A stretch of 64,000 nucleotides of DNA from a virus. Shown here piece after piece: positions 7,818 to 17,200 of the stretch. Made by a program: the position numbers and the translations under genes. The notes beneath the pieces are model-generated. The model was not told the DNA's origin and did no database searches. It saw only the letters and a program-made list of their open reading frames with translations. Position 1 is the first letter of the stretch, and each line of letters begins with the position of its first letter. The stretch is from positions 32,001 to 96,000 of the IMG/VR virus record IMGVR_UViG_3300045988_180769. The stretch is one strand, 5' to 3'.

Positions 7818-10523
7818 TTATATTAGAGTTATTCCAACTTTGACTTCTTTTTCATCTTCTCTCAAACTATTGATTGCTAAAAATGCACTCATGGTGATAT
7901 CGTCATGTCCTGAACTTGCTTCGAGTTTACCATTATCACTTTTAAATGTAATAGAAGCAAACTCTCCAAACATTATTTCCACTGCTTGTTTTGTTTCTCC
8001 AGGAGCATATGGACATTTGATCTGTCCTCTTTCAAACATTGCTGAAAGACTTGGCAATCCAGTATAAAGATCCTTTTTATTTCCTTCAGTTGTTGTAAAT
8101 GGCTCTATATTTTTTAATCCTCTTTCTTGTGCCAATCCTGATAATATGGACTGAAATCCATTCGCTTCACATATAATTTTGTTTGGTCTAAAAAGACGAT
8201 CAAGTTGAACAATCTTATCTACCTGCTCATTATGAGACATTCCTTTTTGCCTATAATAATAAAGTAAATAGAAGTTCTTCATTGCATCAATGCCCCAAAC
8301 TGAATAAACAGTATAGTCAGCACCAATATTACCAGACACAGCAAAGTCAACACCAATATGAACTCTTGTCAACTTGATTGGAAATTCATCTATTGAACTC
8401 GCAAACCTTATATTCTCCATTCCAACAATACTTCTCATAAGGTATTCATATGGAAAGATCGTTGAAGAGTCACTAATTGGAACAACTAAATATTCTCGAT
8501 TGAATACAATTGTTCCAAGTTCTTCTTTCTTTTCGAGTATCTGTGAAAAAGTAAATCTATCTGGTGCCAATGGACGTCCATTTGGAAAGACGATTGGATA
8601 TTCAAAGCAATAAAATCGTTTATCTGCTTTTAATAATTGATACAATTCATTAGGAGCTGAAGAGAATGGAGTTCCACAAATAAGAAAATATCCATAAGGT
8701 TCTACGATAGGCTCTATTGTACCTTTTAAAAGCTCTTTCATCTTTTCTCTCTGTTCATCTGAATAAAGAGATGATTCATCAGGCATGTCATCGCATAATG
8801 CAGCTCCAACATGAAGACCTCGAATAAATCCATCCTTACCACGAACATGAAGAATTGAACCAGTTTCTGTTGTGATACCAGTCTCACCAATAGACGCTTT
8901 ATTGTTTGGATTTAACTTTTCCTTAATAAGATCATTTGTTTCAATTTCTTCTCTCACTTTGGCAACTTGTACTTTCGCCAGTGTCATCGTAGAAGTGATG
9001 TAACAAGTTTCCTTTCTATTGGCATTATCTATTGTATCAGGTCTCCAAACAGTTGGTCTACAATAACTCCACAATCTCCATAATATAAAAGCATAAGACC
9101 ACTCAAAACTATTGTGAACTACTGTTCCATCTTTATGAAGATATAAATGATCACCATCAAGATAAAAACCATAGAATTTTGTTCTCTCACCTTTGGTAAC
9201 TTCAATCTTTCCTCTTCTATAGTCTTGTCTATAATGAATCTGATGAGCTCGTTTTCTCTCGACTCTTGTTGGAATTGTATGTAAATCCAATGAAATTCTT
9301 AATTCGTCTCTACTAAATCCTTTTATAGTTCGTGAGCTTAAAGAAGTTCTAAATCCTAAAGACCAGGCTAAATCTTGAACTTGTTTAATAAAACTTCCTG
9401 ATTTTAAAGTTAATTCAAAAATAGTTCCTGTTGAACTTAAATGTCCATCTGTATCAAGTATTCCTGCTAATAATTGAAGTCTCTGCTCTCGAGAACCTCT
9501 CATATAAATATCAGGAATATGTTTATTATTCAATACATTAAGCTCTCTAAGAACATTCAAAACTGGATTAATCTCTCCATGTTTTTGTTCAACATTGGTT
9601 AAAGAATATTCGTATTTGTTTTTTAATTTGAATAATTTCATTCCAAGTGATTCTGCATACTCTTTCCAAGCATCTATAATTTCTATATCTGCAGAAGTCA
9701 ACTTTGTACAATTACTATGTCTATCTCCTAACCAAGTTCCAAAAATATATGGATCAATAGGAAGTGATTGATCAGAAAGCTCCCAACCATTAATTCTGTA
9801 ACCATATAATCTTTTTTGTTTTGATCTTGGAAGATCATAAAAATCCTTTGCTGAAATTTCAACTATTTCTTGTCCATTCTTTCTATAATTTCCATGTCCA
9901 TATTCCATATATCCAAACTTATCTTTTTGTAGATGAAGTATGTGTCTGGAATTAACAACATAATCTAATCCATGTTTTTGCTTAATATGATAAGAATCAT
10001 CTTCACATACGTGAGTTTGTAGAACTACTCGAGGTGTCGAATCGACACCCATCACTTTATCTCCTACTTTAATATCTTCGATCTTTTTTAAAGACCCATC
10101 AAACATTACAACTTCAGTTCCAGCGATCTCTGTTTTTCCACTTGCTCTACTACACAAGTAACAGCTCCATGGAAAAAGTTGTGTTAAATTTCCCCATTCA
10201 ATATTTCTCCATCCCATTCTGAACTTTGGGAGCATTGTTGTTTTGAAATAATTGAACGATAAAATTTTAAGCGTAGAATCCATTGAAGATTTTACATTCT
10301 CAACATACTCAAGATTCTCTGAATCAAGTGATTTACCCAGATATAACGCTCTTTCTGCCTGTGTTGTCATTTCTTTTAGCATCGCATCAACATCATTATC
10401 ATATCCTTCCATGAGTTGATATAATGCTTTTCCAGGAAGAGCTTCAATTACTTTATCTATTGTATCACATAAATAATTGAGTTGTATGTTTGAAAGTAAG
10501 TCTTTTCCATCAGGTGTTAGCAT
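7818..10523 (-). CDS. terL: terminase large subunit interrupted by an intein in the P-loop
   Basis: Walker A CSRASGKT is followed by a 340-aa Hint/LAGLIDADG insert. After the insert come terminase blocks: LHVGAALCDDMPDES (Walker B region), ICGTPFSS (coupling motif), and the nuclease blocks IGVDFAVSG, ICEANGFQ and GHDDITMSAFLA. Confidence 0.85.
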   Translation of the reverse strand: MLTPDGKDLLSNIQLNYLCDTIDKVIEALPGKALYQLMEGYDNDVDAMLKEMTTQAERALYLGKSLDSENLEYVENVKSSMDSTLKILSFNYFKTTMLPKFRMGWRNIEWGNLTQLFPWSCYLCSRASGKTEIAGTEVVMFDGSLKKIEDIKVGDKVMGVDSTPRVVLQTHVCEDDSYHIKQKHGLDYVVNSRHILHLQKDKFGYMEYGHGNYRKNGQEIVEISAKDFYDLPRSKQKRLYGYRINGWELSDQSLPIDPYIFGTWLGDRHSNCTKLTSADIEIIDAWKEYAESLGMKLFKLKNKYEYSLTNVEQKHGEINPVLNVLRELNVLNNKHIPDIYMRGSREQRLQLLAGILDTDGHLSSTGTIFELTLKSGSFIKQVQDLAWSLGFRTSLSSRTIKGFSRDELRISLDLHTIPTRVERKRAHQIHYRQDYRRGKIEVTKGERTKFYGFYLDGDHLYLHKDGTVVHNSFEWSYAFILWRLWSYCRPTVWRPDTIDNANRKETCYITSTMTLAKVQVAKVREEIETNDLIKEKLNPNNKASIGETGITTETGSILHVRGKDGFIRGLHVGAALCDDMPDESSLYSDEQREKMKELLKGTIEPIVEPYGYFLICGTPFSSAPNELYQLLKADKRFYCFEYPIVFPNGRPLAPDRFTFSQILEKKEELGTIVFNREYLVVPISDSSTIFPYEYLMRSIVGMENIRFASSIDEFPIKLTRVHIGVDFAVSGNIGADYTVYSVWGIDAMKNFYLLYYYRQKGMSHNEQVDKIVQLDRLFRPNKIICEANGFQSILSGLAQERGLKNIEPFTTTEGNKKDLYTGLPSLSAMFERGQIKCPYAPGETKQAVEIMFGEFASITFKSDNGKLEASSGHDDITMSAFLAINSLREDEKEVKVGITLI
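9111..10133 (-). mobile_element. intein with LAGLIDADG homing-endonuclease domain inside terL
   Basis: Block A-like (T)EIAGTEVVMFDGSLKKIEDIKVGDKV. Block B VVNSRHILHL. LAGLIDADG motifs YIFGTWLGDRHS and LLAGILDTDGHLS. Blocks F/G KFYGFYLDGDHLYLHKDGTVVHN followed by +1 Ser. The N-terminal boundary is ambiguous (Thr131 or Glu132). Confidence 0.8.
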
Positions 10524-11188
10524 AATTGAAAACTTTCTCTGTATCGAACAGTTTTTTCATTCATTAATTCACTTTGTCCTTCTCCTCTCAATTTCTTGAT
10601 GTATGATATTAGAAGTTCAGCATTCGCATCAACATCATTCTGTGCTCTATGAGCATCAACGAGATCGACACCTGCCAATTGACAACAAGTTCCCAACTTG
10701 TAATCCATTTGCTCTAACGCTGAAAGATGAGCTATATGCATTGTATCAAGATAAAACTTCACATACCTATCAATATCATCTCCCATAAATTTAAAGAAGT
10801 TTTTGAGGAAAGCATTATCAAAACTAACAATATTGTGACCAGCTAAAGTGCACATTTGTCTTGGATTTTTGTACTTTGTAAACCAATCTCTACATGTTTT
10901 AAAAATCTCTTTCAATGGAACTGAATTCTCATCTTGTGTTTCTTTTGTTATTCCATGTACTTCTAATGCCTGTTGAGAATAAATTAGACCTTCTTTATAT
11001 CCATAAGGAAAAATCATATCAACTCGATCGATAATCTCTAATTTTCTCAGATCAATACAAGACATTGCTATTTCAACACATGGTGAATTTTCGAATGCAA
11101 TAATATCTTTAGTACAAAGATTTCCTGTTTCAAAATCGTAAACGATTACATAATTACAACTACTCTTCATATACTTTATTATTTTCAT
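10517..11188 (-). CDS. DEDDh 3'-5' exonuclease (DnaQ/epsilon-like)
   Basis: ExoI VIVYDFETGN, ExoII LAGHNIVSFDNAFL and ExoIII HRAQNDVDANAELL. An alternative ATG at 11170 is possible. Confidence 0.8.
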   Translation of the reverse strand: MKIIKYMKSSCNYVIVYDFETGNLCTKDIIAFENSPCVEIAMSCIDLRKLEIIDRVDMIFPYGYKEGLIYSQQALEVHGITKETQDENSVPLKEIFKTCRDWFTKYKNPRQMCTLAGHNIVSFDNAFLKNFFKFMGDDIDRYVKFYLDTMHIAHLSALEQMDYKLGTCCQLAGVDLVDAHRAQNDVDANAELLISYIKKLRGEGQSELMNEKTVRYRESFQLC

Positions 11189-11399
11189 TAGACAATACCT
11201 GATACATCTTTATAGTACAGTGTTTTTTTGGCACAACTCTAATTTCATTTCCTCCTAAATATTCTGGAATGTGACCTCTTATCAAATATGCCTGTACATC
11301 ATTTCGATTAAATGGTTTGCCATTTTCTTTGGTGAAATTTTCATTCATCCAATTCATCAAACCTTGTGCATTTACATCTGTTATTAAATACTTCTCCAT
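11160..11399 (-). CDS. hypothetical protein (79 aa)
   Basis: ATG-initiated ORF in the operon-like array. No motif recognised. Confidence 0.45.
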   Translation of the reverse strand: MEKYLITDVNAQGLMNWMNENFTKENGKPFNRNDVQAYLIRGHIPEYLGGNEIRVVPKKHCTIKMYQVLSNENNKVYEE

Positions 11400-11400
11400 T

Positions 11401-11793
11401 TTATCTCGCTATTAAAAGTCTTTCATAATCGATATCTCGATCCTCTTCATTTTCATATATCACATAACAATTCTTTATAGGATTGTCTTTAAATGAAGCT
11501 GTTTCATCCTCGAGTTTATTTATAATAATCACTGGCCTTCCATCTTTATCGTAATCCTTTTCTGTTGATATGATTAAAAACTTGAGAAGACTATAATTAT
11601 TTCCAAAGATAAAATTCTTCCTTTTTATCTCATTTTCAAAACCCTGCCATCGAAGAGCTTCTTCATATACTTTATCAAGATTAGAAGAATCAGGAAACTC
11701 CATATAATCTTCCAATCTTGATGCTAATCTTTTTGCTCCTATGCTTTTAAACACTTCTGTACAAAGTTCAATTATTTCTTGATCTTTACTCAT
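11401..11793 (-). CDS. hypothetical protein (130 aa)
   Basis: ATG-initiated ORF abutting its neighbours. No motif recognised. Confidence 0.5.
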   Translation of the reverse strand: MSKDQEIIELCTEVFKSIGAKRLASRLEDYMEFPDSSNLDKVYEEALRWQGFENEIKRKNFIFGNNYSLLKFLIISTEKDYDKDGRPVIIINKLEDETASFKDNPIKNCYVIYENEEDRDIDYERLLIAR

Positions 11794-12217
11794 TTTTCTC
11801 TTTTTCTAAAAGTTCTTCTAAATGATCTCTTGAAATTTGATATTTCAATCTCGATCTATCTCCAAAATCATAGATATAATGGCATTCTCTACAAGCCAAT
11901 ACAATATTATCTTCATCACATCTTAACTTTGGATGAGCACCTCTTGAAAGAATGTGACTAAAATAAATCGGCTTCATTGTTGATCCTAAATAAGTTCCAC
12001 AATGGAAACAATAATGAGTTCTTTTCTCCCATATCCTTTCCATTACAACTTGAAGATCATTTTCATCATTCTCTAATGTGGCTCGATTAAACTTCTCTTT
12101 CTTTTTATTAGAAGCACAATCTTTACAAAGCCATTTATTTCGATCGTAAATCTTATGATTTGTTTTGCAACAAACACAAGGCCTTACTTCTTCTTTTTCT
12201 TTTCTGAAATAGGACAT
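11786..12217 (-). CDS. Cys-rich HNH/NinG-like nuclease
   Basis: CVCCKTN...CKDCAS and YCFHCG zinc-like pairs. Then FSHILSRGAHPKLRCDEDNIVLACRECHYIYD, which fits the H-N-H core (H...N...C..CH). Confidence 0.5.
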   Translation of the reverse strand: MSYFRKEKEEVRPCVCCKTNHKIYDRNKWLCKDCASNKKKEKFNRATLENDENDLQVVMERIWEKRTHYCFHCGTYLGSTMKPIYFSHILSRGAHPKLRCDEDNIVLACRECHYIYDFGDRSRLKYQISRDHLEELLEKEKNE

Positions 12218-12220
12218 ATC

Positions 12221-12718
12221 TTAATATGTTAATGCACTTTTACATGCATGTTTATATTGACAATCTTTACACTCAATTTCATCATAGAGTAATCCATCGT
12301 ATTCTCCACATAATATAAAACCTCTTGGAGTGTTCCAAAACTTCTTTCTTTGATACTCTATATATTCCTTTGAATAACTATATTTATTACTCTTCAAAGG
12401 ATTAACAAGTCTTCTTTCTCTTTGAAATCTCGATACAATAAAACTCCTTGTACTTGTTCTTTCATTCCATCGTTTTATAGAGTTTAAACTTATACTCTTC
12501 AATAATGTGAAAGATACTCTTCGAGAATAACGATTTTCAGATAAAACAGCCTGAAACAATAAAAACTCCCATATTCCATCAATTGAATTAATCTTTGTTT
12601 CCTCAAAGAAACGATTAATTGCTTTGAGATTTTTTGGAGTTCTTTTCACTTCATATGAAGGAGAACAATTTAATCTTTGTACTAAATACTCAAATATTTC
12701 ACAAAATTCCTCTAACAT
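12221..12718 (-). CDS. hypothetical protein (165 aa)
   Basis: ATG-initiated ORF with a C-terminal Cys cluster CKDCQYKHACKS. No family recognised. Confidence 0.5.
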   Translation of the reverse strand: MLEEFCEIFEYLVQRLNCSPSYEVKRTPKNLKAINRFFEETKINSIDGIWEFLLFQAVLSENRYSRRVSFTLLKSISLNSIKRWNERTSTRSFIVSRFQRERRLVNPLKSNKYSYSKEYIEYQRKKFWNTPRGFILCGEYDGLLYDEIECKDCQYKHACKSALTY

Positions 12719-12746
12719 AATAAAATAGTATCTATTGATTGTAAAA

Positions 12747-12770
12747 GAAAGGATGAGTAATCATCCTTTC
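12747..12770 (-). terminator. hairpin / terminator candidate at the structural-to-early module boundary
   Basis: Perfect 10-bp stem GAAAGGATGA/TCATCCTTTC with a 4-nt loop. On the minus strand it is followed by TTTTAC. It lies in the 12719-12798 gap. Confidence 0.45.
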
Positions 12771-12798
12771 CAAGTCTAAAGATACAAAACATTCAAAA

Positions 12799-13356
12799 TC
12801 AATCCCACGAAATTTTAAGATTAAGTTTCTCTTCCTGATCATGAACAATAGGTTTGTATCTTGATTCTGTTGTCAAGTCTCTTTCTGCAACAGTATTGTA
12901 TTCCAAAAGAGCTTTCTCTTTATCAACAGATCTTGATATCCATAAACCAATCATTTGATTTGGCTCCATATTTCCAATTGTTACTTTTTGATCAATTGTC
13001 GCTTCATACAATTCAGTCTCAAAAGGTTTACTGTAAGAATCATCTACACTTTCCATATACTGTTCATCTCCACTTTGTGTCAGTAATGTTGCTCCTATCA
13101 TAAAAGTACAGACATTTGTTTCTGGCGATTCAAACCACAACTCAACATTTTCAGCTACTTTCTCAGAATTATTCTGTAAAATTATTGCTCTGTATTGTGT
13201 CTTTGCATCTTTAATTTCTGACAAACTCAATTCATCAAACAAGTTTCCATTAACATCATTGGGAACACGAGTTGAAGATGGAAATCCACCCAAAGAATTG
13301 ATATAATTCGTTTGAGGTTGTAAATATCCTGAACTTACTGTATAATATAATTTCAT
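12799..13356 (-). CDS. hypothetical protein (possible tail-fibre accessory, by position only)
   Basis: ATG-initiated 185-aa ORF directly downstream of the fibre genes. No motif recognised. Confidence 0.5.
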   Translation of the reverse strand: MKLYYTVSSGYLQPQTNYINSLGGFPSSTRVPNDVNGNLFDELSLSEIKDAKTQYRAIILQNNSEKVAENVELWFESPETNVCTFMIGATLLTQSGDEQYMESVDDSYSKPFETELYEATIDQKVTIGNMEPNQMIGLWISRSVDKEKALLEYNTVAERDLTTESRYKPIVHDQEEKLNLKISWD

Positions 13357-13359
13357 CTC

Positions 13360-14193
13360 TTAATTTGATTTTGGAAAATTAGCCAAAGACCAATATTCTG
13401 ATTTAACTGTATTGTCAATAGAAACGACTCCTCCATTGTTTCTCACTCTCGCAATATAGAATTCGTTTTCTGATTTTACAGGAGGTTGTTCTAATGTCAC
13501 CTCTTGTACCAAACTGAAATTGTAGTAACTATATGTATAAAGTCCTTTCAATTGCTCATCTGTGAAAACTTTTCCCAATGGAATTGTACCTAAAATAATA
13601 ACTTGAAGATTAGTTTCTGCAACAAAATCTGACGCTGATGTTAACACAAGATTTTGATTATCGATTACATTAACAATCTCATAAATACCATTATTCAAAG
13701 GTAGTGAACCATCTTCTTTGATAAATCTTATTGCAACTGGAGTTTTTCCTGATTGTCCTCTTACTTTTCCACTAAAATCAACTGTTCCAGTTACAACACC
13801 TTTTTGATTTACACTCACTAAACCATTTTCATAATTCTTCGTTGTATAACCTACTTTCAACCAATAATAGGTGCTATCAGCAGGAATTGAGAAGTTGTCA
13901 TAAATATTTGTTAAGTTCACTACTTGTCCCAAAGCATTTACTGTCATTCCTGGAAGAATTTGAACTGTTCCTCCTGTTGTTCCTTGTTGCACTTCAAATG
14001 GATTTAAATCTACAAAACCATCTTTTGTTACAAAGTCAGGATTAAACACTTTAGGATTGTTTGTTACAATACCATAAGTATAACTCGTTGCAACAAGAAT
14101 CTGTCCAAGTGGATGATTCTGTAAGAAGCTCTGTAAATTCATTACTTCTTCCTTCTCTAAGAAGGTGTTTCTATTTACATTAATCTGTGTCAT
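13360..14193 (-). CDS. hypothetical protein (possible distal fibre component, by position only)
   Basis: ATG-initiated 277-aa ORF, beta-rich by composition, immediately after the 1812-aa fibre gene. Confidence 0.5.
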   Translation of the reverse strand: MTQINVNRNTFLEKEEVMNLQSFLQNHPLGQILVATSYTYGIVTNNPKVFNPDFVTKDGFVDLNPFEVQQGTTGGTVQILPGMTVNALGQVVNLTNIYDNFSIPADSTYYWLKVGYTTKNYENGLVSVNQKGVVTGTVDFSGKVRGQSGKTPVAIRFIKEDGSLPLNNGIYEIVNVIDNQNLVLTSASDFVAETNLQVIILGTIPLGKVFTDEQLKGLYTYSYYNFSLVQEVTLEQPPVKSENEFYIARVRNNGGVVSIDNTVKSEYWSLANFPKSN

Positions 14194-14208
14194 ATATCTT
14201 TTTCTTAA

Positions 14209-17200
14209 TTAAAACCAATTTGGATACTGATCATGAAGATCTTGATATTCTGTTAAACTTGTACAATTATAATAGCAATTAGTATGAGCGATTTGACTCA
14301 TTGATGGGAAACCATCAAAAGTTAATTGGAATGCTGGATCAAACATAAATGGCATTGGTAGATCCAGATAAACTCCATATTTGTTATACAATTCACAATA
14401 TGGAGCGTTTATCAATTTCGAACAATTATAGAACAAATTGTTATAAGCCAAACAAGTTTTAAATAAGCCACTTGTTATTGTAGCATTCGAAATTGAATAT
14501 CCAAATGGATACTTATCCATATTAGTCAAGTTTATACATCCTGAAAACATTTCAACTACAGATTGAATACTATTGCTACTTGCTGGTATAATCGTTGAAC
14601 CAATTGTTCTTAGGTTTGTACAATTCTTAAAACATCCCACATAAGAAGCACATTTATCGCTAACAAAGTAATTACTTGGAATTGTCACAACGCCACTTCC
14701 TTCAAAAGTGCTTTGACATAATATAGCATCGTTGAGCTTTATATTATCAATATTCAAAAGAACTTTATTATCCATAAATGTTTGAACCCAAGAAATACTT
14801 AATGTTGCATGTACATTAAATGCATTCGAGCTTACTTGTGATAAGTTCGTACTCGCGAATGCCTGTGTAAATACAGCTGTATTTACATTTCCAATAAATG
14901 AATTAGACTGTAATGATGTTATTCCTGTACCTGCACAAAAATATGTCGCATCGCAATCACTTCCACTCATAAATGAAATTTGACATGGTGCACTTAGAGA
15001 TGTACATCTTCTAAACATTCCAATACAATTGATAATGTTTATGGCGTTTATATCAAATTGTATGCTCGTTAGAATAGAGCAATCTTGAAACATACTACCA
15101 ACAGTACATCCTTGTCCTGATGGTGAAATTTGTCCAGTTACATTTGTAATTTTTGTACCAGCAAAAGTCCTATAATAATTATCTACTCCATATCCACCAA
15201 GATAATTTGTAAGATTTATAGCTCCACTAATATTACTTCCTTCATAAGTAGAGATATAACTTGTTCCAAACGATAATTGATTCGAAGGAACACTCTTTAA
15301 TGAAGAGCAATTGAAAAAGAAGTAATCTGTACTACCAGATATCAATCCTGTTGTCCATGATGCAACTTCTGTCAATTTCGAACAATTTGCAAACGCTCTT
15401 TCTGTGAATGAAGTGGAAACCTTTGTTGTAAACCATTTAACCACTCTTCTTAATTGTGTTTGGAACGAAACTAATGGATATGGTTGGCCCCAGATCATTT
15501 GAACAGTTTGATCATTAAAATCAAAAGTGATCGTATAAGTTCCCATTGTTCCATATGTATGAGAAATTGTTCCAATTGTTTGAGATCCATCTCCCCAATT
15601 TACTCTTAAATTGCCCAATCCTGTTACAGAAGTATTCTGAATTGGTAATGATACTGGTTCGCCATTCGTAGAAGTTTGAATTTCTATTACAGCTCCATCT
15701 TCCATTGTAATATAAACAGTCTTTGAAGTTTCTGTTGGTCCTACTGTATATTGACCATTTACAGTGAAATAATATGGTGAAGTTGCACTATATCCATATA
15801 TATCACCAGCAGGTACATACCATTGAACTGTTCCTGATGTTCCAGTCACACCACTACTTATTCTATCAGTTACAGTCACACCACTAATTGGCTGACCAGC
15901 TGTGTTTCGAACATTGTATGTCACCATACATTTATTTCTTGGCATTACAACATTCACTGTAGTATCCATCTCTAAAACAGTTCCTGAACCACTTTGACTT
16001 TGATATGCATCTTTTGTCGCCTGCCATGAAAATGCTGTACCTGCTGGATAAGAACTAAAAATACAATAACCTGAACTACTTATGTAGTTTAATGTTCCAT
16101 TACATCTTATCGCTACATCAGAAAGATAATTACCTGAATCATCTCTTACCCAAAAAATAATCGAATAATATTTAGCCCCTAATTCAATAGGAAATATTGG
16201 TGTCGCCTTATTAACAGTAAAGAATGTAGTATTACTTGGATAAACTGGTAATTTACTCGCAGTACAAATCAATGAATTATCTGACATAGGAACATTATAA
16301 AATAATGCATTTCCATCAGCACCTGAAACTGAACTCGTATTATTAAAGTTTACACTCGCACCTTGAATTGCTCTTTGTGTTCCTCCATAATTCTCATAAC
16401 AAAAAATCGTAACTGTTGTAGTCTTTCTTATGAAAGTCAAATTTACAGTCATGTTATTATACACTGTAAAGTCAGATTCCAGATCTGTGAAATATGTTCC
16501 ATACTTTGCAATGTAATGATAAGTACCTGCTGCAAGTTGAACTACAACTCTACCATTGGCATCTGTTGCCACAGTAGTTTCTCCATCAATTGTTATCGAA
16601 GCACCCTCTAATGTGTTTTGTCCTTCTTTGGCAATAAAAGTCACATTATAAAGAACTGCATCTTTTTCTGTCAATCTTATAGTGTAGTTGTTTTGACCTT
16701 GTACAATGTTTAAATTTCCTGAATTAGGTTTGTAATCTGTATGTGATGCTGTCCAAGGCCAAGTACCAAGAATTAAACTCCAATTCCCTGCAATACCATT
16801 AATATTAGAATATTTTGTTTCTCCATTGATTGTAACTGCAGCATTATTTATCGCAGTGCTTGTTGCATTATCTACAACAGTAACTGTAAGAGTTCCTCTT
16901 GTTTTGGCGAGATCAACAACAATTGCGATTGACTGATTTGTCAAAACTGCTGTTCCTGTTTGAATATCGTATCCTGTTCTTGTTACTGACCAAGGATAAG
17001 CACCTGGAATCTTAGTAAATGTAACATTACCTCTACCATCTGTATTCAAAGTTTCCTCATTACTTCCTGAACCAACTACTACTGGTTGATTAACTACTGG
17101 CTGTCCATCAATTCGAACTGTAAATACGATATTATAGGTTATCAACTTCAATACAACATTCACTGTTTTATTGAAACTATTTACAATTACAACTCCTTGT

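Noticed and set aside
12776-12785. GTATCTTTAG box between the 185-aa and 165-aa genes, considered as a promoter.
   Set aside because: No TTG at 19-21 nt upstream. It lies upstream of a terminator-like hairpin rather than downstream of it. A second -7-like box (CTTTTACAATCAATAG) after the hairpin is the more plausible start region, but it is also weak.
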